Shown piece after piece: positions 17,934-28,955 of a stretch of 64,000 bases of DNA. Under the pieces are notes generated by a model that was not told the origin of the DNA, made no database searches, and was given only the letters and a program-made list of their open reading frames with translations. The stretch is from positions 1 to 64,000 of the forward strand of contig CAVYSE010000002.1 in the NCBI GenBank assembly GCA_963771075.1. The letters run 5' to 3'. Position 1 is the first letter of the stretch, and the number at the start of each line of letters is the position of its first letter. This DNA comes from a candidate division FCPU426 bacterium. Lineage in GTDB: Bacteria > Oederibacteriota > Muellerivitia > Muellerivitales > Muellerivitaceae. The position numbers and the translations under genes were made by a program.

Positions 17934-20900
17934 TTAGACCTTTTGGGGGACTGGGGCCATTTGCTCATGTGGGGGTTTTAAAAGCTTGAATTTCTTCACG
18001 CCGAACCGGGAAACGGTATTCTTCAGCACGCTTTTGGCCGAGAGCTTGTAGACGTAATCGCCCTCGCCCATCTTGCCCGCGTCCCAAATGGAAACGGCAT
18101 AAGCGCCGCCTTCCTTTTTTTCCTCCATCTTGTCCACCAGGGCCCCGGAGGCGTCAAAAATCTCCACCATCACGACGCAGTCTTCCTTCAAGAAATAATA
18201 GAAGCGAACCGGACCAGTGAGGGTTGGGTTCGGGAAAAGCCCCACGTCCTCGATGAAGGTGGAAAATGTTTCCTGGGAAGAAGCCACCGCGATGTCCCGC
18301 AAGGCCAAAACGGGAAACTGGTCGCTCGACAACCGGACCTCATACCGCCCCTCGGGCAGATCGGGGAACTTGAACTGCCCCTTCGCGTCCGTGATGGCCA
18401 CGGCTCCGTCCCGGTGGGCCCGGATCACCTCCACCTTGGCTCCCACCACCGGGGTGGTGCCGTCCTTGCGCAGGAACACACCCGCCAGGCTTCCCATGCG
18501 CCGGATCACGATGCGCCTTTTCGCCGTCAAGCTCCCGAGTTTGCCCCTTTTCGCGGCGGGCACCACGTGCAGGTACCAGACGCCCTCGGCGATATCCTTG
18601 AACTCGATCGTTTTTTCCGTGGTAAAGGGGTCCTCTTCCGTGACCCTTTCCACCTCATTGGGGCTCAAGCGGTAATGCACACCGCCACTTTTGAAAGAAC
18701 CGTCATGGCGGTCCTCCAATAGAAAGACCGGATGGTGCTGGTTGACCGGTTCGTCCTCCCGGGGGTGGGTCGGGCTCTGCAAAACGGGAGGCGGCATTTC
18801 GCCCGCCGCGGTCATCACTTTCGCGTGGGCCGGGTCGGAGAGGTTCCCCGCCCTGTCCCGGACCATCACGTGCAAATACCAAACGCCGGGCTCGGGGGCT
18901 TTCACCGTGATTTCATTCTCAGTTATTCGTTGGGCGTCCGCCAGTCCGGGCCGGGTCTCCGGTATTTGGTCAAAGAGGTAATAGTAGGCGTCAAAACCCG
19001 AGAGCTTGTTGGCCGTAAAAAGGTTGAACTGGATCTTGGACGAGGCGTACCAGCACTGGGAATCGGGATGGCTGGAGGAGGTCACCTGGGGCGGCGCGGG
19101 CCTTTCCACGTCGATTTTCAAACGGTAATGGGCCGATTCCTCGCTTACATTTCCCGCCCGGTCCTTCGCCACCAGGTGGAAATACCAGACCCCGCTTTGC
19201 AGGTCCTTGAGTTCCATGCGCCTGCCGTCCGTGAAGGCCCGGTCCTCCAGGGGCGGGCGGGAATTGGGGCTTTGGTCGATCAGGGTGTAATAACCCGCGA
19301 TGCCGGTGGCGTCCGCCGGGGCGTCCCACAGAATCACCGCCAGGGGATTCGAGCTCCAATCCTCGCTTGAGTGGGAAGGGCTGGAAAGCACCGGCACCCC
19401 GACCCCGTGGTCCGAAATACAAACGGAAACCTGGTTCCCCTCGTGCTGTTCGTTTCCCATGCGGTCCACGGCCTGCACGCAATAATAGTAGGCCACACTA
19501 TCCCTTAATCCTTCGCCCGGATCCAGGAACGAAACTCCCTTCACTTCCCCGTCCATGGATATCTTTTCCCGGGGCGCTCCCTCGATCCACCGGTAGATTC
19601 GGTAAAAGTCGGTACCCGAAAGGGTGTCCACCACCGGCGTCCACTTCAACTCGACATCCCCGCCCGCCTTGGGGGTGGCTTTCAATTGGGCCACCGGGGG
19701 AGGGGGGAAATATCCACCATTACCGAGGCCATTTCCTTGGGCGACCATTCTTCCTGGTTGCCCGCCCCGTCCCGGGCACGGCAACGGAAGGCGTAACGCA
19801 CCCCGTCCTGGGCCTGGAAGGTCCCGCCCCGGTCGGCGACCCTTGTCAAGAAGTCCGCCCAGTTGGCTTCGCCCGCCTTCACCTGCACGTCGTAGGATTC
19901 GATCCCGCTCAAGTCGTCCACGCTTTCCCATTCCAGGGCCACCTGGGTACGGTCCAAGAGGGGAGGAAGTGTCTTCATGCGGGTTCGAGGAGGCGCCGAG
20001 TCGATCTGGATCACGTAGTGGGCCGCTTCCCGGCTCAGGTTCCCCACCTTATCCTTGGCCACCAGGTGGAAATAATAACGCCCATCCTTCAAGGCCGGAG
20101 TCGTGAGGGAATTTTCAGTGGTCCACTTTCCCTGGTTGGGCCCGGGTATGGTGTGGGGTTGGGTATCCAGCGAAACGTAATAACCTTCCACCCCGGAAAG
20201 TTCCCGGGGCGCTTCCCAAACCAGTTTGGCGCTGTTGGCCTTGACCCAGGTGTTGGGCGGGTGGGTGGGGCTCTTGACCATCGGGGCTTGGGCTTCCGAA
20301 TCCACCTGGATTTTGAAACGCACACAGGGCCCGATGTTTCCCGCCCGATCCTTGGCGATTACGTGCACGAACCAGGTTCCGTCTCCCGGCAAGGTCACCA
20401 CCGTGCCCCTCGTGGAGGTAAAGGCCATTTCTTTCAACACCGGCGTCCAGGATTCTTCTTGGTTCGAGAAAAAATAATAGCCCTCGATCCCCGAAAGGTC
20501 TTCCGGGTCTTTCCAAACCATTTCCACCCGGCGGGCGGCGTACCACTTTTCGGGTTGGGGATGGGTGACCGAGGTTACTTCAGGCGCGCCCGTGGTGGTA
20601 TCCAGCCTGACCCGGTAAAGGGCAGGATCCTTGCCGATATTTCCCGCGGCATCTTGGGCCACAACGCTCAAGGTAAAGAGCCCGTCGCGGGGTATGTCCA
20701 CGGAAATTTCATTTCGCTCGGTGAAATTGGCTTTCCCCGGTTCCGGAATGGGTTTGGGGTCCTCGGAGAAAAGGTAATAAAAACCCGTGACGCCCGACAG
20801 GTCGTCCGGCGCGGTCAGCTTGAACTGGGCCTTCGGGTTGACGGTCCAACGCTCCGGGTCGGGGTGGGTCTCGCTGGTGATAAAGGGCCGGGCCACTTCC

Positions 20901-23509
20901 GAATCCACATGGATGGGATAATGCACGGCCTTCCAATCGGTGTTGCCCGCCTTGTCCTTGGTGGTGATATGAAAATACCAGAGGCCGTCGTCCGTCACTT
21001 CGAAGGAGACGGACCGCTGGGTCGTGAAAAGCGAGTTGTGGTCGTTGGGAACCGTGTCGGCCTTGCGATCGATGTTGTAGTAGTAGCCCTCGATGCCGGA
21101 ATGGTCGAAAGGGTCTTCCCATTGAATCTCGACCCGGCGGCTCTTGTACCACCGTCCCGCCTCTCCGTGGGTGGTGGAAACCACTTGGGGCGGGCTGGCC
21201 AGGGTATCCAGGCAGATCTTAAAGTGGGCCGCGTTGGGCGAGAGGTTCCCGGCCCTATCCTTCGTGCGCGCGTGGGCGTACCAGATGCCGTCCGACAGGT
21301 CCTGGAAGGAAAGCTGGGGCCGCAGGGTATAGAGAGCCGTCTCTTCCTGGGGGAGGGTCTGGGGCTCCTGATCCAAAACATAATAATAGCCTTCCACGCC
21401 CGACATGTCGGGAGGCGGCTGGATGAGAATCTCCACCTGGTTGGTGGGGTACCACTGCTCCTGCTGGGGGTGAGTGGGGGAGGAAAGGGTGGGCGCCAAG
21501 GCCTTGGTGTCGATCTTGAGACTCAGGTGGGCGGCCGTCACCCCGACATTGCCCGCCAAGTCCTGGGTGGAGACATGGACGAACCAGAGGCCGTCTTCCA
21601 ACGGTCCCAAAGAGATCCGGGAATCGGAAACAAATTGACCATTGCCCGGCCCAGGCACGGTCAGGGCCTCCCGGTCCGCCTTCACGAAATAGCCCTTCAC
21701 CCCCGAAAGGTCCTCGGGTTCGGACCAGGTGACCACGGGCGAAGGGTTAGCCACCCACTTTTCACGGTCCGGATGGGTGTCGCTGTAAATTTCCGGCGGG
21801 GGCGGGGCTAGGGTGTCAATCTGGACCTGGTAATGGGTGGCCCGGTTGCCAACGTTGCCCGCGTCATCCATGCCCACCACGTGCAGGTACCAGACCCCGT
21901 CCGTCACCGGCAGGATCAAGCGTCGTTCTTCCGTATAGATGGCCTGGGGAGGCTGGGGAAGGGTTTCCGGATTTTGGTCCAGCTGGTAGAAATAGCCAGC
22001 CAAAGGCGAGGAGGGATGCAGTAAAAATTCGACTTGATGCGTGCTTTCCCATTTGTCGTGTTCCTCGTGCGTTGGGCAGGAAATGTCGGGAGGCAGGACC
22101 GGCGGGGTCGTGAAGGAAGAAACCTGGCTGGCCACCAGGGAGCTCGAACGGTTGGCGCTGACCACCCGGTACCGGTATTCGGTTTCCGCCCTCAAGTCGC
22201 TTAAGGCAAATCGGTGCCTAAGTCTCGCGGATTTGTCTGCCACCGAGCGGGACAGTTCTTCCCGATCCCCCGCGATCCCGTAAAAAAGCTCGGAAGCGGC
22301 CGAAAGGTCGGTGGTCCAGGTCAACAGGGCGGATGAGGAGGTCAGTTTTTCCACCTGGAGTTCGGTGATCTCGGGGATGCCCGCCATGTCGAAGGTGGAG
22401 CGCAAAAGTGCCCCCCCGTTTTCGGTGGCGGCGTAGAGATAATCGTTGAAGACCGTAAAGGCCCGCACCCCCTCCTCGTCGCTGGAGTAGGCGGAAACCC
22501 AGTTCTCGCCGTCATGGGTCTTGAGGATACGGCCCGAGTTGCCGGTGCCCGCGTAGAGGGCGTTCTCGTAAACTTCCATGCAATAGAGGTTCAACTCCCG
22601 GCTGGTTTCATAGACCGCCTGCCAATCCCGCCCGTTCTGGGTGCGGAGGATCTTGATGCCCTTGGGACTGGAGGTGCCCGCGTAGAGGGCGCCGTTGAAC
22701 TCGTGGAAGCATTGGATGAAATGCTGACCGGTCGCGGAAACCTCTTCCCAGTTAAGCCCGTCATGGGTGGCGAAGATCAGTCCGCTGGGATAGGTTCCCG
22801 CGTAAAGCCGGTTCTTAAAGATACCAAAACATGTGACGGCGACTTCGCTCAGGATGCCCACGGTGTTCCATTGCAGGCCGTCGAAGGCCACCACCCTTCC
22901 CTGCGAGCTGGTGCCCGCGTAGAGGCGGTTCTTGAAAACCGTCATGGCGTGCACCCGGTCTTCCCGGGTCATGAAGGCCTCCCGCCAGGACTCGCCATCG
23001 AGGGTGGCATAGATGGACCCGTTCAGGTTTGTGCCGGCAAAGAGCGATGGTTCGGAACCCGGAGGAGCGTAGGAACACAGGCAGTAGATCTGTGTGGTCA
23101 GGTCCCCCGCCCCCTCGGCGCTGTCTCCCGTGGGGCTGAAAAACTTCGGTTGTTCTTTAGTGACCTGGACGTTCTTGAAACTGCCAGGGGTACCACTGGT
23201 GGATCGCAGGACGCTGTCCCGCCCGGTGGCCACATAAAGGGAGCCCTTGTACTCGGCCAAGGCATAAAGGGTCGGGATTTCAGGAAATTTTTCCTGGGTG
23301 CCGAAAAAAGCCGGAGAAGCGGTGGAAAGGTGAAGGTCAATGACGGTTTTAAGGCGTTCCATCGCCTCTTTACTGTTTTTCCCCTGGGCCTGAACCCCGG
23401 GAAGGAGGGGGCATCGGGCCAGGATCTGCCCGTTGGCCTTGGTTTCCATTTCCACGGGAAGGTCGTAAGGAAAGGTTTTTCTCTGGATTTTGTCGTCTTT
23501 TTTCAGCAA
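17934..23509 (-). CDS. Giant (~1860 aa) multidomain protein: HicB-like N-terminus, beta-propeller, Fn3, ~10 Ig-like repeats, carboxypeptidase-regulatory-like domain, FlgD/T9SS-CTD-like C-terminus; 1-nt frameshift in a C-run near 19700
   Basis: ORFs 19682-23509 and 17934-19931 join as VDISPPPPVAQLK if one C is added; repeat S.THP...W...W..P.D.SGI.GYY...DG.WYFHV...D.AGN. Confidence 0.8.
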
Positions 23510-23699
23510 AGCTTCACCTTAAAGGGGTGTTGAACCGCTAGGGTTAACAGACAGCTAGGGCGATTATTTTAGTCAAACAGGGGGGGTGTTGACAGCACCT
23601 TAGTGACAAATGGGGCGGCTTCCACGTGGAAAAAGGGCGGAATGGTACAATGATCCGCTCTTCACCCCAGGGTTTCCCAAGAGGGCCTTCGATTTACGC

Positions 23700-24060
23700 A
23701 TGAAACCAAAAAATATACGCCCCAATCAAAACCCACGAATACAAGAAGACCTTGCCCTACATCAAGCCGGAAGGTTGGCGGAAGCGGTCGAGTTGATGAA
23801 GTAGTTGTTGAATTTCTTCTCGAAAAACACCCAGCTATTGACCCACCTGGGCACCTATACCTCCAGCAAGGCAACACCGAGCAAGGTGTTTGATTGCTGA
23901 AAAAATTCCTGTAAATCACGCCCCAACAACCCATGGCCCACTTGAATCTCGCGAACGGCATGGTGTCCTTAAAAAAGTTCGAGGACGCCCTCGTCCAGTA
24001 TGACCTGGCGCTGGTTATTTCGGAGGTGGTTCGTCGAATACAAGGTGAATTGAAATCAGA
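23700..24060 (+). pseudogene. Degraded TPR-protein fragment
   Basis: ALHQAGRLAEA..., PQQPMAHLNLANGMVSLKKFEDALVQYDLAL with stops/shifts; next to IS30. Confidence 0.5.
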
Positions 24061-24081
24061 TCCATAAAAATCAGGAAGCTG

Positions 24082-25125
24082 AATTCAACCAGTAAGTGCA
24101 ACACCTAGGCGAAAGACTTGCTCCGGCGTTTTGAAGCCAAGACACTTGCGGGGACGACCATTGAGAATCCGTTCCACGCGCCTGACTTGAGCTGGGGTTA
24201 TGTTAGCAAAATCGGTTTTCTTCGGATAGAAGCGTCGAATCAAACCGTTGGTGTTTTCCACGGTGCCTTTTTCCCAACTGTGGAATGGCAGGCAGAAGAA
24301 AGACCTAGTGCCCAAAACGGCATTGACCTGGAGGTGTTCGACGTTCTCCGAGCCGTTGTCATAGGTGATGGTCCTGCGGAGTCCCTTGGAAAATTGACCG
24401 AGGCGACGATTGATAGCCATACGGGTATTTGACGCGGATTTCTGGGGCAGCCAAGCAAGTTTTACCAGTCGGCTCTTTCTTTCGACCATGACCAAGATAG
24501 AAGCTTTGCTCTGCCTGGAAATGATAGTGTCCATCTCCCAGTGGCCGTATTGGTCCCGTGCCTTGACGATGGCAGGGCGTTGGGTGATTGAAACGCGTTG
24601 TGGGATATGGCTTTTGCGGTGATTGTGGGAATGCCATCGCCGAAGTCGTTTTCGATGGGAGCGAGCCAAGAAGGGAATGAGATGCCGAGCTTTGCTATAG
24701 ATGAACTGGTAGACGGCCTCGTGGGAAATGGAGATTTTGGATTTCTCCTGGTGAAGTTGACCGGCGATTTGTTCGGGTGAAAGACCTTGCCGAAGTTTAC
24801 GCAAGACATACCGGCGCAGTTCGGGTTTCTTGAGCCGAAAGTGAGTTCGAGAGATCTGGTTGCGCAAGATGGCCCGATCGTGAGCCCTGGCAGGAAGATA
24901 CCGGCCGGGACGTAAGGGAGGGGCGTTGCGCTTCAACTCTCGGGAAACGCTGGAAACATCACGGCCAAGGCGTTTGGCGATTTTTCGCAGGGAAAGGCCT
25001 TGAGCCTTCCAAATAGAGATTTTTTCACGTTCGGCTAACAATAGATGCCTGTAGGATTGTTTCATGAAACTTAGGATAACCCCCGGGTTCTGCCGGGCCT
25101 AAGTGTTGCACTTCGTTATTGAACT
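24082..25125 (-). mobile_element. IS30-family insertion sequence
   Basis: Imperfect terminal IRs TTCAAccagtAAGTGCAACACcTAGGC (24084-24110) and GCCTAaGTGTTGCACTTcgttaTTGAA (25097-25123). Confidence 0.9.
24085..25065 (-). CDS. IS30-family DDE transposase
   Basis: HTH SLRKIAKRLGRDVSSVSRELKRN; GHWEMDT, TITYDNGSE, WEKGTVENTNGLIRRFYPK, LNGRPRKCLGFKTP. Confidence 0.96.
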   Translation of the reverse strand: MKQSYRHLLLAEREKISIWKAQGLSLRKIAKRLGRDVSSVSRELKRNAPPLRPGRYLPARAHDRAILRNQISRTHFRLKKPELRRYVLRKLRQGLSPEQIAGQLHQEKSKISISHEAVYQFIYSKARHLIPFLARSHRKRLRRWHSHNHRKSHIPQRVSITQRPAIVKARDQYGHWEMDTIISRQSKASILVMVERKSRLVKLAWLPQKSASNTRMAINRRLGQFSKGLRRTITYDNGSENVEHLQVNAVLGTRSFFCLPFHSWEKGTVENTNGLIRRFYPKKTDFANITPAQVRRVERILNGRPRKCLGFKTPEQVFRLGVALTG

Positions 25126-25145
25126 GGGGGAACCATATCCTTCTC

Positions 25146-26060
25146 TTATTTTGACAATACCGGCACGGTCACAATCAACGGTTTATATTCCTGGTTTTTT
25201 AAAACTATTTGATCTCCAGGCATGAAATCCCATCCATCGGAATAGCCAAACTCAATAACACGATGCACATGTTTAAAAAGGGTAAAGCTTTTGCTCACAC
25301 TAAGCGTTGGATTTGTGAAAGTGGCAGAAATTCTGAAAATTCGATTAGAAGTTCTTTTAAAAATCGCAACCAAGCCTTTGCTAAATAACGCTTTTCTATA
25401 GGTTATCTCTATTGGCAACAACGGGCGGGCATCAACATGGATTGTAGATTTGTTTACGATTGTTTGATTGGGATGCGTAGTAACGGAATTACATGCTTTT
25501 AGCAGAATGAAAAAACACAACAGAACAACAAAACCCTTTTTCGCATTTGATAACCTTGAAAACTTTGCGGCAATTTTTTTAATTACGGTTAGATCAAATC
25601 GATCTGCCGAGACAACCGAATTAGGAAAACTCGCGTCTTCTTTAACTAAAAACTGCAAATTTTCTTTAACCAACAACTGAACAATTTCCTCACCATCAAT
25701 TAACCGCATTGTCGTTTCTACACTTTTCGAATACTCTCTCGCCTCTTTTGAAAATGTCGACGTAGTAACGAAAACACCAAGCGAGTTTCTCCGGCCATGA
25801 AGAGCACCAACGAATTTTTGTATTTCGGGCCGCCCAACCGTGTCTTCCCATCTTTTCGCCTGAAACAAAAGATCACCAAAACCTAACTTATCCAATTTCA
25901 AACTACCATCAATGCCTCCATCTCCAGTTTGTCCCTCAACTTCTCCAATTTCGCTGTTATATATTTTTTTAAGGAAATCTAAAACAAACTGTTCGAATTC
26001 AGCGGGGGAAAGACTTTTCAGGCGATTTAATAATTCTTCGTTTACCAATTTTTTCACCAA
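25146..26060 (-). CDS. Mrr-family restriction endonuclease domain with TM segment and C-terminal domain
   Basis: LSPAEFEQFV, GDGGIDG, QAKRW, VGRPEIQKFVGAL, GVFVTTSTFS, LIDGEE; low GC. Confidence 0.85.
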   Translation of the reverse strand: MVKKLVNEELLNRLKSLSPAEFEQFVLDFLKKIYNSEIGEVEGQTGDGGIDGSLKLDKLGFGDLLFQAKRWEDTVGRPEIQKFVGALHGRRNSLGVFVTTSTFSKEAREYSKSVETTMRLIDGEEIVQLLVKENLQFLVKEDASFPNSVVSADRFDLTVIKKIAAKFSRLSNAKKGFVVLLCFFILLKACNSVTTHPNQTIVNKSTIHVDARPLLPIEITYRKALFSKGLVAIFKRTSNRIFRISATFTNPTLSVSKSFTLFKHVHRVIEFGYSDGWDFMPGDQIVLKNQEYKPLIVTVPVLSK

Positions 26061-26078
26061 ATAATTTTAAGAAACTAT

Positions 26079-28742
26079 TTATTCCTGCAGTTTCTTTTTC
26101 CACTCCACCAGCAGATTCAAAGCCTCCCGGGGCGAGAGATCGTCCGGGTCGATGGACTTGAGTTCTTCCAAAACGGGATGGGCGCCGCCCTGGCCGAAGA
26201 AAGAGAGCTGGGCGATTGATTTCTCGTCGGCCCTTTTGACTTCAGGCAGCACCTCCCCTTCGGGAACCGGGGGAACCGGTTCCGTCCCCGCCGGGCCCTT
26301 GCTGGCCCTTAACCCTGTGCCCGTCTCAAGGGAAGTCAAAATCTTCTTCGCCCTTTCCACCACCGGTTTGGGCACCCCGGCCAGGCGGGCCACCTGGATT
26401 CCATAGCTCTTGTCGGCCCCGCCCTCCACGATCTTGTGGAGGAACAGCACCTGGTCGTTCCATTCCCTGACCGCGATATTGAAATTGCGGACCTGCGGAA
26501 AGGTCGTCGCCAACCGGGTCAGCTCGTGGTAGTGGGTGGCGAAGAGGGTGCGGGCGTTGATCTTTTGGGCCAGGTATTCCACCACGGCCCAGGCGATGGA
26601 GACCCCATCGTAAGTGGAGGTGCCGCGCCCTACCTCGTCCAAGATCAGAAGGCTCTTGGGGGTGGCGTGGTTGAGGATGTTGGCGGTCTCGACCATTTCC
26701 ACCATGAAGGTGCTTTGGCCCTGGGTCAGGGCGTCGGAGGCCCCTACCCGGGAAAAGATGCGGTCCACGACCCCCAGTTTCATTTCCTTGGCCGGGACAA
26801 AGAACCCCACTTGCGCCATCAGGGTCAAAAGGGCCACCTGGCGGATATAGGTGCTTTTCCCCGCCATGTTCGGGCCGGTCAGGACAATGATTTCCACTCC
26901 GTCCGCGCCCAGTTTGGTGTCGTTGGGGACGAACTGGTCCGAGGAAAGCAGGCGGTCCAAAACGGCGTGGCGGCCATCCACGATGACCATTTCCCGGGAG
27001 TCGTCCACCTCGGGGCGCACGAACCGGCCCCGGTCGGCCACGGTGGCCATGCCGACGAAGACGTCCAGTTCGGCCAGGATATGGGCGGAACGCTGGAGCC
27101 GGGAAAGTTCCTTGGCGACTTCGGCGCGGATAGCCTCGAATATCTCATACTCAAGCCGGTTGGCCTTGTCCTGGGCCCCCAGTACCTTTCCTTCCATTTC
27201 CTTGAGTTCGGGGGTGATGAAACGTTCGGCGTTCACCAGGGTCTGTTTGCGGTGATAGTCGTGGGGAACCTTGTCCAGGTTGGCCTTGGAAACCTCGATG
27301 TAATAGCCGAACACCGAGGTGTAGCGCACCTTGAGGGAGCCGATGCCCGTGCGGGCCTTTTCTTTTTCTTCCAGTTGGGCGATCCAACTTTTGCCTTCCA
27401 GGGAGGCGTCCTTCAATTCGTCCAACCGAGCGTCATAGCCCTTTCGGATGAGCCCGCCTTCCTTAAGGGCGAGGGGAGGCTCGGGGTCAATGGCCCGGTC
27501 CAAAAGCCCGTGCACCTCGGTCAGGTTGTCCCATCCGTCCCGGCGATCCTTGATCCAGGCGCATTTGAAGGAAGATAGAACCCGGTGGACCTGGGGCAGG
27601 AGGGCCAGGGTGTTCTTGAGGGCGACCATGTCCCGCGCGTTGGCGGTGCCGCATCCTACCCGTCCCGAGAGGCGTTCCAAATCGGAAACCTGGCGGAAAA
27701 GGTCGCGAACCGTTTCCCTTTCCTCCAGGTGGGCGAAGAATTCTTCCACCGCGTCCTGGCGGCGTTTGATCTCTGAAACGGTGGTGAGGGGGGTCGTCAG
27801 CCATTGGCGTAAAAGCCTGCCCCCCATGGAAGTGACGGTTTCATCCAGCACCGAAAGAAGGGTGCCTTCCCGGCCGCCATCGCGCATGTTGCGGAGGATT
27901 TCCAGGTTTCGCTGGGTGGTCGCGTCCAACACCATGCCCTCCCCCACCTGAAAGTGGGTGAGTGAAACGATGTGGGAAAGAACGCTATGGGTAGTTTCCT
28001 TCAAGTATTGCAGAAGCGACCCGGCGGCCCGCACCGCCTGTTCCTCGCCCGACAGCCCGAAGCCATCCAGTGTTTTGACCTGGAAATGCTCCACCAAAGC
28101 TTCCTCGGCGCTCGCGTGGGAGAACTTCCAATCTTCCAAATGGGATAACTTGACCCCCTTCAGGTTTTGGAGAAGCTGGCGCCATTCGGGGGCGTCCGGC
28201 TGGTTTTGGGCGGTCAGCACTTCGGAAGGGGCGAACTTGAAGACCTCATTGGCCGCCTTGCTCCAGCGGGCGGGTCCGTGGAGTTCGCATGTCTTGAACT
28301 CACCCGTGCTCACGTCCACCACCGAAAGCCCCAAGACCATGGGGGCATAGGCGAGGGCCACCATGTAGTTGTTGGCCTTTTCATCGAGCATGGAAGCGGA
28401 AAGCACGGTCCCGGGCGTGATGACGCGGGAAATTTCCCGCTTCACCAGTCCTTTGGCCAGGGCCGGGTCCTCGGCCTGCTCGCAGATCGCGATAGAAAAA
28501 CCCTGCTTGACCAGGCGGGAAATGTAGTTTTCGGCGGCGTGGTAGGGGATCCCCGCCATGGGCACCTTTTGGCCCTTGCCTCCCTCCCGGGCAGTGAGGG
28601 TGAGGTTGAGGACCCGGGCGGCCGTTTTGGCGTCATCGAAGAACATCTCGTAGAAATCGCCCAGTCGGAAGAAAAGCATCTCGTCCTTATGGACCCTTTT
28701 CATGTCCAGGTACTGCCTCATCATGGGCGTGAGGTCTTCCAT
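26079..28742 (-). CDS. mutS: DNA mismatch repair protein MutS
   Basis: TPMMRQY, FFRLGDFYEMF, TGPNMAGKSTY, STFMVEM, DEVGRGTST, LFATHYHEL. Confidence 0.98.
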   Translation of the reverse strand: MEDLTPMMRQYLDMKRVHKDEMLFFRLGDFYEMFFDDAKTAARVLNLTLTAREGGKGQKVPMAGIPYHAAENYISRLVKQGFSIAICEQAEDPALAKGLVKREISRVITPGTVLSASMLDEKANNYMVALAYAPMVLGLSVVDVSTGEFKTCELHGPARWSKAANEVFKFAPSEVLTAQNQPDAPEWRQLLQNLKGVKLSHLEDWKFSHASAEEALVEHFQVKTLDGFGLSGEEQAVRAAGSLLQYLKETTHSVLSHIVSLTHFQVGEGMVLDATTQRNLEILRNMRDGGREGTLLSVLDETVTSMGGRLLRQWLTTPLTTVSEIKRRQDAVEEFFAHLEERETVRDLFRQVSDLERLSGRVGCGTANARDMVALKNTLALLPQVHRVLSSFKCAWIKDRRDGWDNLTEVHGLLDRAIDPEPPLALKEGGLIRKGYDARLDELKDASLEGKSWIAQLEEKEKARTGIGSLKVRYTSVFGYYIEVSKANLDKVPHDYHRKQTLVNAERFITPELKEMEGKVLGAQDKANRLEYEIFEAIRAEVAKELSRLQRSAHILAELDVFVGMATVADRGRFVRPEVDDSREMVIVDGRHAVLDRLLSSDQFVPNDTKLGADGVEIIVLTGPNMAGKSTYIRQVALLTLMAQVGFFVPAKEMKLGVVDRIFSRVGASDALTQGQSTFMVEMVETANILNHATPKSLLILDEVGRGTSTYDGVSIAWAVVEYLAQKINARTLFATHYHELTRLATTFPQVRNFNIAVREWNDQVLFLHKIVEGGADKSYGIQVARLAGVPKPVVERAKKILTSLETGTGLRASKGPAGTEPVPPVPEGEVLPEVKRADEKSIAQLSFFGQGGAHPVLEELKSIDPDDLSPREALNLLVEWKKKLQE

Positions 28743-28955
28743 ATAGCTCCCTAATGAAATTCTAAACCAACTTCCAACACGAAGACACAAAGGGCACTCA
28801 GTTCACAAACAGACAATCTTTAGTTTTAACCAACTTTTCAAATGATCTTCGTGTCTTAATGGCTTTGACCCCTTTGGCCTTTAGGCCAAAGAATACGGGA
28901 CCATATCATCCTCTTTATATCTTTTATTGATAGAGGGTATGTGTTTTTTTGGGTT

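Noticed and set aside
19690..19710. Programmed frameshift in the giant protein gene
   Set aside because: It falls in a G/C homopolymer and other indels occur in the window, so sequencing error is more parsimonious.
19367..21811. 814-aa plus-strand ORF and similar long antisense ORFs (3084-4064, 22514-23533, 26436-27578, 37075-38058, 50421-51449)
   Set aside because: Shadow frames opposite well-supported genes in GC-rich DNA, with no recognisable motifs.
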